From positions 5,817,858-5,881,857 of the forward strand of contig NW_002060949.1 of NCBI RefSeq assembly GCF_000150275.1: a stretch of 64,000 nucleotides of DNA. Reading direction: 5' to 3'. Source of the stretch: Trichoplax adhaerens (taxonomy: Eukaryota > Animalia > Placozoa). Each line of letters starts with the position of its first letter. Position 1 is the first letter of the stretch. Positions 40,601-53,400 of this stretch are shown piece by piece. The notes below the pieces were generated by a model. It was given only the letters and a program-made list of their open reading frames with translations. It ran no database searches and was not told the origin of the DNA. Made by a program: the position numbers and the translations under genes.

Positions 40601-42628
40601 TACAGGGTAGTATTTACTTGCAACTATTGAAAGAGAGATATTTTTATGAATGATAATGTTGTCCATCTCTTTTCATCATAGTACATACTTTCCTTCGTTG
40701 CTATGCAGTGCGGCCTTGGAGTCTGATAAGCGTTTCTTGGATTTTTTTTCTTTGGACTTCTTCTTCTTCTTTTTCTTCTTTTTCCTCTTTTTCTTACCTG
40801 TAATGATCAATTAATTATTGTCTTTCAATATAGTATGTGTTTTATGATGGTACGATATTACCTTCATTGATTGATACTTGTAGCATTTGCAAATCAGATT
40901 GATAACGTATAGTATTAATGTAAATAAACAGAAAGAGTATTTACAAAAGATATTTCCAAAATAACACTTTTGGTTCTTGGGGATATTGTAGAGTTTAAGT
41001 AAGTGTCATCAATGCAATTTTGTACAACATTGCGATAGACAATTGGAACTAGTATCTATCAATAATAATTTACTGTAATGGGAACTATTTTAGTCTTTGC
41101 TATAGATTAGATAGAGTGATGATGAAGGCATAGCCTGCAACGCTTGTTTATTCTGTTACCTTCGGCATCAGCATCTCCTTTACGATTACTCTTGGTTATG
41201 CGCACTTTTTTGGCACCTTTAACCTCAGCTAAGTTGTTTACAAAAGTAGAAAAAAATGAATGATGATTTAATCCTTGGTAGGAGGCATTGAAGAATACTT
41301 ACGAATCGATACAAGAATATTATTATTTATGAGTAAATCAAATTATTATCATGACAATCACTGCAAATCATCCTGATAGTGGTTTTATATCGTAAAGTAG
41401 GGTAAGCAACGTTGGATGTATCTCCATGTGTCAATCTCCAAGCTTTTTACACATTTAATTGTGTTTATGTACCAACCTTCATCAGTAGTACGTCGTTTTC
41501 TTTTTTTGGCTTTTTCCACAGTTTTCTTACGTTTTTTATCTTCGGAAATGACTAAATTTGTTTCTAGAATGTTATAAATAAAGGTTGATTTATTTTATTG
41601 CTTTTTTTTTCTCTTTGCTCTCATTAAGTACATCATTATTTTCAATTGATTGGATATCCACTATTCCATTGAGGGTGGAAGTCGTCCATGAATTACCGGC
41701 TCTTGGATGGACTGATATTATTATTATTGTTATTGAAGTACAATGTCATGGATAAGTTGGTGTATTGCGAATACATTGTTGCAAAGAAGCATGTTCATTT
41801 TATTAGGCGGCTGTGTATTGATGATTACAGATGGTTGATTGACTGGTATGGCAATTTAGTCAGAGTATGTTGGGACTCGTTGACAGTCGTTTATGACTTG
41901 ATCGTTATTCCATCGTCCATCCTATACTACTACGACAATGTATCGTTTGTAGGTGATCGCTCGATAGCAACGCTTATCCCTGGTGTCTCCACGTGAATAC
42001 AAATCAATGCTATGGTTATGGATTAAAAGAGCGGATTGCCACTGCAACTGCATGTGATGTTATACGACGAATAAGGGAAAATGCAATGGATGATGACTTG
42101 TTTCTTCCATGACGATAAAATGACCAAGACGATTTCAAGTCAGCATCGACAGGTAGAATACGATGACGACTTGCAATGGCTGTGATTGATCAAGGTCCAT
42201 GACGGTCGTCTAAAGCAAGTCATTATCGTCCAGTATGATTCATTCCTTCATACCTAGAATAAGCTGGTGTAGACCATCCAGACGCTAGTATTACTGTATC
42301 ATCACTCTCCTCCAATTGAATAGGATACAATAGATTGGAGTTTTAGTCGTGAAATGATTAGCTTAATTGATGCCACTGCATGGCTTTCCCCCACCATCAT
42401 CATCAACGACATGGGAAAGTGCCACTGCAACAACTGTGGTAATGACTACCATTGCAACCAAGAATGTTGTTCTATCCAAGCACGCTACAACTCCTCTTTT
42501 CCAGCCAATAACAACATCAATAAAGTAGAAACAATCCTCATCCACTTACCTTCATCATTACTTTTGCTACTTTGCCTCTTTTTAGCTTTTCCAGTCGTTT
42601 TACTTCCTTGTCGATCAATTCCCGCCAT
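37641..42628 (-). CDS. UBTF: Upstream binding factor (UBF)-like multi-HMG-box protein, ~19 small exons
   Basis: UBF N-terminal domain-like GWSGKTYEKLFERL...INWDEIAWNNHSGEDLMEKWKKLTKNMRKTRSVHEMV; HMG1 LPKKPLNAYLQFYAERR...ISEVWRNLPDKK; HMG2 RPPRSPYHCFL...SKEWKNLSDE; HMG3 HPPATSYNIFV...REKWNNLSTEEKTYY. The last exon is ambiguous, with an alternative stop at ~37454. Confidence 0.82.
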
Positions 42629-43059
42629 GACTTGGACGACTTGATTTCAGTACTAAGCGCGATGCAATTCTTTTGCATTTTGGCGTTTTGTCTGACTACA
42701 GTCCATTGGTGGCTACAGTGGAATTGGATGGTGATAGTGATGGCTGCGATAGGCGCTCTTGTAGTCGACGAATAGAGTAGATCAACTAGTGTATAGAACG
42801 TACTATAGGTTATGATAGTTACAGTACTCTTTTGGATTCTTACAATCCTAGCACTGTAATACCATACAGTAGTGGGTCGCTAGACGTCCTCTCGCGCCTA
42901 TACTCAACCACTTGCATCGTTGACTTGACTTGCCTCCAAGTGCTCTGACGCAGCTTCCACTAACTACTTCAGCTCAACATGGATACTTGGATAAGCAAAT
43001 GCCTCAGTCAAGGCCTATTTTCCTCCCGATTGCTCGATAGATTTACTTTATAGTCTACT

Positions 43060-44142
43060 TTATATGGGCTAGTCATGGCTGCAAAACCTTGTGTCTAAAC
43101 AGCATGTATATGGGCTAGATGGCTGCAAAACCTTGTGTCTAAACAGCATGTATATGGGCTTGATGGCTGCAAAACCTTGGTGTCTAAACAGCATGTACTG
43201 TATATGGGCTGGATGGCTGCAAAACCTTGTGTCTAAACAGCATGTATATAGGCTTGATGGCTGCAAAACCTTGGTGTCTAAACAGCATGTACTGTATATG
43301 GGCTAGATGGCTGCAAAACCTTGTGTCTAAACAGCATGTATATGGGCTAGATGGCTGCAAAACCTTGGTGTCTAAACAGCATGTACTGTATATGGGCTAG
43401 ATGGCTGCAAAACCTTGTGTCTAAACAGCATGTATATGGGCTAGATGGCTGCAAAACCTTGGTGTCTAAACAGCATGTACTGTATATGGGCTAGATGGCT
43501 GCAAAACCTTGTGTCTAAACTGCATGTTGCAATAGCAATAGATTTACTCCATAGTCTACTCATATGGGCGAGTCATGGCTGCAAAACCTTGTGTCTAAAC
43601 AGTACTAGTGCAAACTCCCGTCGCTTTGCTGACGGTTTACGATAATGTGCTCATTTAACAGATAGTATTACCATTTGTCGTAGACCTGTCAGAGGTTCAG
43701 TAACTTTATACCGTAAACAGCATGTTGCAATAGCGATAGACTTACTCCATAGTCTACTCATATGGCCGAGCCATGGCTGCAAAACCCTGTGTCTAAACGG
43801 CATGCATATGGGCTAGATGGCTGCAAAACCTTGTGTCTAAACAGCATATTGCAATAGCGATAAGTTTACTCCGTAGTCTACTCATATGGGCTAGTCATGG
43901 CTGCAAAACCTTGTGTCTAAACAGCATGTTGCAATAGCGATAAGTTTACTCCGTAGTCTACTCATATGGGCGAGTCATGGCTGCAAAACTTAGTGTCTAA
44001 ACAGCATGTTGCAATAGCGATAGATTTACCCCATAGTCTACTCATATGGGCGAGCCATGGCTGCAAAACCCTGTGTCTAAACAGCATGCATATGGGCTAG
44101 ATGGCTGCAAAACCTTGTGTCTAAACAGCATGTTGCAATAGC
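43060..44142. repeat. Minisatellite with 44/50/80-bp unit variants (17 copies of the core)
   Basis: Core atggctgcaaaacc(t/c)tgtgtctaaacagcatg starts at 43075, 43119, 43163, 43213, 43257, 43307, 43351, 43401, 43445, 43495, 43575, 43773, 43817, 43897, 43977, 44057 and 44101. Confidence 0.97.
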
Positions 44143-44774
44143 TGAAATGGAAACAATTTAGATCGATATTAGTCGGTTGTTTCTGTCTTGATCTGATTGG
44201 AAATGCAACCAACATTACGACAACATGTTGGATTGCATTCATTTACTATCGACAAGGCTAGTTCGAGCTGGTTTTTTTTCAGCTATCGCATGCCATTGGA
44301 TTTTCGGAGATAGCAGAAACTTAAGCAAATAGACTGTCACTTTTTTACTGGTAATTTCGCTCATGTTGACTTAATTAACCGCCTACTAAATCAGGCAAAA
44401 AAATGAAGTGGTGGATGCAGCCATGGCAATACTCTGCCATACTGTATACTATAGGAGTAGAGTATAGACTGCAATATACTATTCAGTTCAGTATAACTAC
44501 GTCCATGGCAATAGTATGACCAAGACTTTCTTCAGCGTACTATATAGGACACTTATGGAAACCTATACCATCCAATCATACAAGGTGATCAAACGGCTAA
44601 GCCTAGAGACGCTTTTAATACTCCCCGGGTGTCCACAGCATTTTTCCATACAAGGCAATAAATCTATTCGCCTTTCAAGTTCAAGTATAGAATAGACTAT
44701 TGACCAGCCTAAACAGGACATACTCATACATGCAAGAGATCACGAGTAGGATGCTCCATTTGGGATACAGTAAT

Positions 44775-45888
44775 CCAAAATGACTGATACTGACGCCAGC
44801 GAGAGACGTTACTAATGCTGAAAAAATGCAACCCCTAAAAAACTCCAATACAATAAGTGATATGGTATAAAGATGCATAGACTCTGAAATCAGTCCATAT
44901 TCTAACGATACCAGCAAGGCATTAAATTAACTTAACCAGTGCAATGCATTGCAATGGGTACGTCTTTGGAGTGAAGAACGGGATTAAATCGATATATATG
45001 TATAGTATATAATTCATGTGTACTAGTTACCTTATGAGTATCACTAATTGCGATATATCCGTACGTTTATAACAATAACATGTATATATATAGTATATAA
45101 TTCAGGTATACTAGTTACCTTATGAGTATAACTAATTGTGATATATCCGTATACTATCACCATATTAAGATGGAACACTGTAGCCTAACATAAAGTAGAG
45201 AAAATGGCTATTCAACACTGTGGGTTGGATTAGTACTCACTCTACAATGTACATAAGAGTAGTTTACCATAAATCAGTATAGTTGCACCCATACATGAAC
45301 TGTCTTCTTTTTCTAAACCCGAAATCATGCTAGCATCCATTCAATACAACTCCTTGAGGTATCTTGCTAGCATCCATTCCAAAATGACTGATTGATACTG
45401 ACGCCAGCAATAGACATTACTGATGCTGAATGCAACACCTAAAATCTCCTATACAATAAGTGATATGATATAAAGATGCATAGACTCTGAAATCAGTCAA
45501 TGTTAGAACGATACCAGTAAGGCATTAAATTAACTTAACCAGTGCAATGCATTGCAATGGGTACGTCTTTGGAGTGAAGAACGGGATTAAATCGATATAT
45601 ATATAGTATATAATTCATGTATACTAGTTACCTTATGAGTATAACTAATTGTGATATATCCGTATATACAGTATACAGCATATATTTATGATTAATATCA
45701 TTAAAACGTTGTACTACTATCACCATATTAAGATGTAACGCTGTAGCCTAACATAATGTAGAGAAAACGGCTATTCAACACTGTGGCTTGCTTATGGACT
45801 TACTCTACAATGCACATAAGAGTAGCTAACCTTAAATCACTGAAGTAGCGTGCATACAAAAACAGTCTTCTTTTTCTAACCACCGAAA
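44775..45888. repeat. ~600-bp tandem duplication
   Basis: ccaaaatgactga...aaggcattaaattaacttaaccagtgcaatgcattgcaatgggtacgtctttggagtgaagaacggg...gtcttctttttctaa is present at ~44775-45323 and ~45379-45888. Confidence 0.9.
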
Positions 45889-45889
45889 T

Positions 45890-46700
45890 ACGCGGAGTTG
45901 CTGCTATACAGTACATCGTATATGGAAAAATTGCAGCAATTCGGTATTAGCTATAAGATATAATGTACATCATACAATATTCTACTGGACTATTGATAAA
46001 CTATCAATATCCGTAAGCACGCAGAATTGCTGCTACATTGCGTGTATGAAGCAACTCCATTCATCAGCTATTAGCTATACCTGCAAAATGACAATGCGTA
46101 TTGTATAGAACATACTACTAGACTATTGATAAACTATCAATATCCGTTAGCACGCAGAATTGTTATTACACTACCTATATGAAACAACTGCAGTCATCAG
46201 ATATTCACTATAAAATAGAACGTCCATCATACAACATTCTACTACAGTAGACTATTTATAAATTATCAATGTCTATAACCACACAGAGTTGCTATTACAC
46301 TACGTGTATGAAATAACTGCAACCATTAGATATTAGCTGTAAAATATAACGTGCATCATACCGTATAATATCCAACTAGACTATTTATAAAGGATCAATA
46401 TCCGTAAGCATGCAAAACAGCCTCATATACGTACATATACGTAGTATATGAAGCAACTGCAGTCGTAAGATATTTAATGTAAAATAGAACGTGCATCATG
46501 ACCCTAACCCTAACCCTAACCCAACATTCTACCAGATTATTTATAAATGTCAATATCCGTTAGTGAACAGAATTGCCACTATATGATGAAGCAATTGCGG
46601 TCGTCAGATATAAATCGTAAAATAGCATGCATATCGTATAATATCCTATTTGATGATTTACAAATTGTTGAATATCTCTAGATATCTGGAATCGATATTA
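45890..46700. repeat. Degenerate ~130-bp tandem repeat (about 6 copies)
   Basis: gactatt(g/t)ataaa.tatcaatatccgt.agcac.cagaattg recurs at ~45989, 46121, 46250, 46379 and 46535. Confidence 0.85.
46501..46522 (-). repeat. Interstitial telomeric repeat (TTAGGG-type, ~3.5 units)
   Basis: accctaaccctaaccctaaccc. Confidence 0.85.
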
Positions 46701-47474
46701 TACTATGAAATAATTTCAGTCATCAAGTGATAGTTTTATTCATATGCGAATATAATCTCTATCATAGTAGTATTTACATCAAACAACTTAATAGTAATCA
46801 GCGATACCATTATGGCCATAGAATTACAAGTTAGAGAAATATTTTTCTTTTCATACTTAATATTTTTTACGCCTTTTTATTATTTGTTTTTATGTCATTG
46901 AAATCCTTCATTACAAAAAATTTCTATACAGTGTAAAATCTTAATCCAACACAGAGATTGACTAGAATATTAAATTTTACCAAGATTTCCAATCTTGAAT
47001 TCGTCTTACTAATATTTTTAGCATGCTACTGAAATGTTCCAAGTCAAAGATTGATCCAATCTTGAATTAATTTGAAATTAATATAAACAGTATTATATTT
47101 AACTTTACCTGCAGAATAATAGAACCTGCTTCTCAGGTTAACATTGTAAAGGAACATTCGCAAATACGGCACATCATTGACGATGATACCATCAGTAGCT
47201 CTTCCATACACGAAAGACATTAAAATATCCATCTTACGATTAAATTATTCTTCCTCGCACAGTATAACAGATAAGATATTAATCAGAAGATTGAACAATC
47301 CGCTAAAGATCGATTCAAGCAATAGAGAATAGAATGAAGACATGCTATGTTCTATACAAACATGTGCTGTATAAATAAATTCTTATACTTACAATCTACA
47401 TAACAAGTCTCAACATTATGGATTTGGTCGACTTATAGTAGGGCACAATTAAATAATTTTTTTCGATATAAAAA

Positions 47475-48939
47475 TTACTTCTTAATTGTTATGACTTGAA
47501 CAATAGTACTTATTGCTTTAGAATTACGAAACATCCAAGCCGGTATATTCCGACGTAGAATAGCTCGAAAATGTTCATTACGAAATAAAATTATTAATGG
47601 ATTAGCAATGCATGATATGTAGCTAAAAGAGATTACAATTAGTGCTTTTTTGGTAATATCGGGCCGGATAATAGGATCAAATGAATCAAGAATTGTACCA
47701 ATAGCCATTGGAAAGTAAGACAGTTGACATATTAATATAATTATCAATATTGTAACTGCTAATTTCATTTCTTTCCTTCTACGTAAATTTAGTAATCGAT
47801 CTTGACCATTCATCATCGATTCGCCATCAGTAAAATCATTGGCATAGTTAAAATTGCTAATTCGTCGTTGACTGCGGAGAAATTCCCTATAAATGCGCCA
47901 GTAGCAAATTAATATTATTGTAAATGGAATTACTTGAATAAGTAAGGTACGAACAATAAACATGACGATGTAGTCTATTCCAAGAGATAATTTGGTCAAG
48001 GGTAAGCATGTTCCATCATAATGATTGAAAATAAATTTACCCCACCATCCTAGTACTTGCGGTAATACCAATGGCAAGGGCAGTATCCAATTACAACAAC
48101 ACATAATGACAACATTTTTACCCGCAGATATTTTATATAATCGTATAGGCTTAACAACGGCTAGATAGCGAATGATAGCTAGTAAAGTCATGGAATAGAT
48201 GTTTACAAGAGAGAAGTAAAGAGGTAGTCCAAACTTAAACCGGCATATGATAGAATTTTCCAAATGGATAGGCGTCTGACCTCGGTAAATTTTCAACGTT
48301 AATGGAAATAAGACAGCAAAGCTATATTTTTGGATCGGAATCGGTTTTAATGTCCGATTGATATGGAAGAGGATAAAAGCAGAGTTTACGATTAGATCGA
48401 TTGAAAGGCAATATACATATAAATGTGTAAATGATTTCTACTACCCGAAATAGTTATTATGTTGTATTGACTGATTTGGTAGATTAGCTTTATTCAAACT
48501 ATTGAGTAGGCAATTCCTCTCAAAACTCCGATAAATAAGTTACTACTCCTGTCGATATATAGTCATTGTGGTAAGGAAATAATGCAGCGGAAAAACAAAA
48601 ATTGTACTACTACAATTATTAAGGAATCACAACTATAAAATGGCTGAAATTATATCCTAATATCGCATTTCGTATTTAATGTACAGTCTATTAAACAGAA
48701 GAAATTGCTTACCTTGCTATGATGTATACTGCTTCAGATAACGCTAAATTTAATGTTAGCATATGATGTAGCCTCATATGGCTCCATTTCTTAACGGTGA
48801 ATAGGCATAGAATTATATTCCCTAGTGAGCCAGCCACTAGAGCAATAAATTGAAAAATGATAAAACCTAACGCTCCAGCTTTGCTGCCATGATGTATATC
48901 ATTGCTTTGCGATTCATTTAATATCCTTTCGATTATCAT
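47475..48939 (-). CDS. Orphan rhodopsin-class (class A) GPCR, 2 exons (48713-48939; 47475-48321)
   Basis: TM1 GSLGNIIL; TM2 LNLALSE; TM3 C...SMTLLAIIRYLAVVKP; TM4 W...LP.VLGWW; TM5 IPFTIILICY; TM6 LSYFP; TM7 IANPLII followed by helix 8 RNEHFR. Confidence 0.92.
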
Positions 48940-49369
48940 TTTCTGACTTAATGCTAAGCTTACTCGTATAAAGTAACTGATGTAGAGGTCTTATAGCACA
49001 CTGATTTACATAAGTAAATGACTTGCTTAATATATTATCGTTAAAAATGTCAATTTCACGGTGAGACTATAATGTAATTTTTATTGTACTTATAGGTATT
49101 AATATTTTCTTAATGTTTTCAATAACAAGAAAATAATTCATAGCATAATTGATCTGATTTAAGTATAATTAAAAGTAGAGAGCTACTTCTTAATTGACAT
49201 CGGAGACAGAATAGATAATTCATTTTTTTAACAACATATAATATAATGCACTGATTGATAAACGCGACAGAATGTCAACAAATGTATCACGACAGACTAT
49301 AATTATTGTCTGACATTCATGTTATATTGACTTTCTGTCTTGCCAAGATATGTCTCATATCAATAATTT

Positions 49370-50475
49370 GATAACATTTTACTCTATTTTAAAACTTTAA
49401 AGAATAAATTGTTAACCTTACATGACAGTTCATTAACGCGCTCAATCCATTAGTAAATTGAAAGGTAGACAACTTAAAATTTAATATTTTAATGGGTAAA
49501 TTGATAATCTTACTTATAAGTTCGCTAAGTTGACAGACTCATTTCATTAGTAAATGGAAGATAGACAACTTAAGATTTACTCTATTTTAATACTTCAAAG
49601 AATTAATTGTTAGTATTGCTTGTAAGTTCATTATCAGATTCATTCCATTAGTAAATAGATGATAGACAACTTAACATTTATTCCATTATAATACTTTAAA
49701 GAATAAATTGTTCATATTAGTTGTAAGTTCATAAACAAATTTAATTCGTTGCTAAATGACAGATAGACAACTCAAATTTTATTCTAATATAACCTTCTAA
49801 AAAGTAAAACTATTAATATTACTTGTAAGTTTATAAAATCATTTCATTAGTAAATGGAAGATGCACAACTTAAGATTTATTCTAATATAATCTCCCAAAA
49901 AAATAAACTGTTAATATTACTTGTAAGTTCATTAACAAAATCATTTCATTAGTAAATGGAAGATGGACAACTTAAAATTTACTCCATTGTAATCTTTCAA
50001 AAAATGAATTTGTTAATATTACTTGTAAGTTCATTAACAATCATTTCATTGGCAAATGGAAGATGGACAACTTAAAATTTACCCCATTGTAATCTTTCAA
50101 AAAATGAATTTGTTAATATTACTTGTCAGTTCATTAACAATCATTTCATTGGCAAATGGAAGATGGATAACTTAAAATTTACCCCATTGTAATCTTTCAA
50201 AAAATGAATTTGTTAATATTACTTGTAAGTTCATTAACAATCATTTCATTGGCAAATGGAAGATGGATAACTTAAAATATTTACTCCATTGTAATCTTTC
50301 AAAAAATGAATTTGTTAATATTACTTGTAAGTTCATTAACAATCATTTCATTGGCAAATGGAAGATGGACATGTTGAGATTGGCTCCATTATAATAATTC
50401 AAAGAATAAATTGTTAATATTACTTGTAAGTTCATGAACAAATTTATTTTATTGATAAATGGAAGATTGACATCT
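49370..50475. repeat. ~100-bp tandem repeat (about 11 copies)
   Basis: atttcatt(a/g)g(t/c)aaatggaagat(a/g)gacaacttaa...ttgttaatattacttgtaagttcattaac recurs about every 100 bp. The central copies are near-identical. Confidence 0.95.
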
Positions 50476-53400
50476 TCTAATGCGTCAACACGAACAGAAA
50501 AATATCATGTAGTAATAATTACAAGATCAACATCCGATGATTTTGTTTATTTTCCTCATTGGTGTAGTGAGAATGATATTCAATTACATCATGATAATTG
50601 ATTATTTTAGTTCTGTCAGTCAGTCAGTAGAGAGATCTCAATGTTTCAAACAACAAGTTATCATTGTTTACGAAGGACTACCCTACTGAGAATGTTGAAT
50701 ATTACAACTCTATTAGCATGTATCTGACCAATAGCATGCCAATGATTAAGATCAAGTGCATCAATAGCTTTTATGGATAATAGTTTTTAAAAACAGATGT
50801 AATTTGAAGCGATCATTCTCACCACAGGTAATACTAGACAAACGTAAGACAAACATAAGCTATAATATATGCGTCTAGTAGACTCCAAGATCTGACTGTT
50901 TTACGTTGATAGAGATACTGCTGAAGCGACTCCATAGTTCTGGTATACTTTCCAGAACGTAGTTTTATTCAGACTCTTAGACTGTATCTAGCTCGTTCAC
51001 TACTCCTATCTGCTTATTTTGTCGATTCTGCAAAATAGACGAAATTTTTATAGCTATTTTAGTGATATTTCTGTCTATGCAACAGAAGGGAGTTCGAGTC
51101 TAATAAGCAGGGGACCACATAAAATATTATGGGAACTTTTTTTTCAGCTTTATCCCTTCCAATTTACCACATTCCTATTCTAGCTATACTTCGAGTTAAA
51201 TTTCTACTAGATCGTATATCATCAACAAATTACCGTAATTACTAATGACATACCCCACAACATGAAAATAATCAAACTACTCTAAAATAAAGGCTCTAAC
51301 TTAGGATCGCTATTAATGACGTAAAAATGCTAATCTAAATTATAAAATTACTAGGGGTAAGGATCTACATGATATAATAGTCAGGCACAATATTAGAAGT
51401 ATTGTTCAAAATCGATTGATTAAAGATTGCTATTCGATTATAATTCGCATAATATTTTTAATATGCCTATAAAATTATAATTATATAAAACGTGATAAAT
51501 TCTCAATGGCTTATTTAATCAGAAATAATGATTACTATTGAAGCTATACGGCGTAGGAGTACAAGATTAATCTTAAATTGCATTAAAAATGATAAGTAAT
51601 TGTATTTTCAATCTCGTAATAGCCATCTAATTAACTTCTACATATACAACTTATTGACTAGAGAGTCGGTAAACACAGTGATAGCATATCTCGCTCTATA
51701 AAATAACCTTGAAAAAGAGCTTGCACATATATCGTAAGCATCCATTTATGATACGCTTTCATGTTATTATTTTTTATTAAAGTACATATGTTTTCCTATA
51801 CTATATTTTGCTAAAAATTTTCAGTATTACTTAGTAATCTCCTTAATCATCGCATATATTAAAAATTTAATTTCATTTAATCTGCTTGTAATAAAATAGT
51901 TTGACTTTGCAGTACTTATTATGAGTAAGTATATAAATATCATAAACTTTTAGGCTAATCATAAGAACTTATTATATTTTCTTCTATTACTTCATTTAAT
52001 AGGTTTACGGTGGAACAAATTAATGACTTGTATAATATGGATTGATTGTCATGAGATACTATGATAAACTATCTCAACAATCGCACCACATTATGATTTA
52101 AATTTGATACCCTCGATTTAGAGTGCTGCAATTTTTGACCTTACAAATAATGAAAAGGCTACTCTAGTAGAGCAAGGATTTATAATCATCGCTGCTATTG
52201 ACATACAAACTGAAACTATAATCAACAAATATTCAGCATCTATCATAGCCACAGTAGATTCATATTGGATTTCCATTTGGCAAAAGCTATCATTTCAACA
52301 TTTTCATGACCTTTTCTCCTTACTATCACCTTAAAATGTTTCCACTTTGACTGATGGCTCACGAAATAATGCCCTCCTTCTTTAAAAATATCGCGGATAT
52401 ATTAAATTTTGTTCGGACAGGAAATGCGACAATTTTTAATAGTCTCTGAGTCATCCAAGTTTTATCTAAACAACTAATATAAGAAAATACAACTATACAA
52501 GAAACTCTTTATGATATCCTTGTTGTCTAGTGCAAATATTGAAGTATATTAAAAAAGTGATTTAGATTGTTAAATTGCAATCGAGAAATGGAGGACAAGG
52601 TTCTGAGTAAAAGGTGCTCTACTAGTCTATACAATAGATATTCATGCCGCCGATGATTTGTTTTGACTATAATTTTAAAAGATAAATAAAGTTTTCACAG
52701 ACAGTGTCATTCATAATTTAGTTCATTAATCATTCTTTCCAGAAAGCACAGTACTCGGTCTTTTACAGTAACTATCGTAAACAAGTGCAGCTAATTTTTG
52801 ATTGAGCCAACAATAAAAATTTTCCGAATGCGACTTGCTCATTAAATTAACAAAGGCGTTTTAAAATACGGAAGCTACGCAAATTTATTACAGATATTTA
52901 TTTACTAAAGTCTTTCAATTCATTGATTTGAGAGTCTGTTTCTTGTTGATTCAATAACAGCTTTGATGAAGAAGATCGATAATAAAGTATATGCAGGAAA
53001 TAGATAAAAATACTGGTCATCACCCGAAGTAAAAGTAGATGTGCCCAGGTTTAAATGAATAGTTATGACCTCTATCTTCATTGTTAACGTTGTGATATCG
53101 CTTGAAGATGAATAAAAAAATGATAGATTAGTAGTAAAACAAAGTTTAAATATATGTATCTAGGTTTAAATGAATAATTACGATTTATAGTTCTTTCGTT
53201 AATGTATGATACTGTTTATTAAAGATGTACGCATAGAAAATGATAGAGTGATACAAAGATGATTTTAAACTGATCGATTCATTAGTGTAAACTAAACCAT
53301 ACTGATGAGCGACACTATCGGATTACTTATTTTTTAGTAGCATTTTTAATTTATATCATTACATTGGTTTATGATAGGGATCATAATACCATATAGAAAT

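Noticed and set aside
14597-42628. U12-type (minor spliceosome) introns
   Set aside because: No donor with the RTATCCTT consensus was found among the introns traced.
43060-44142. CRISPR-like array and the ORFs 43069-43306, 43445-43645, 44042-44242
   Set aside because: The sequence between cores is itself repeated rather than unique spacers, the context is eukaryotic with no cas genes, and the ORFs are translations of the repeat.
47044-47232. 62-aa ORF downstream of the first GPCR
   Set aside because: Short, with no recognisable motif and no supporting exons.
52120-52335. Stop-free stretch on both strands with a hydrophobic segment (possible GPCR relic)
   Set aside because: No diagnostic motif and no alignment to the neighbouring receptors by eye.
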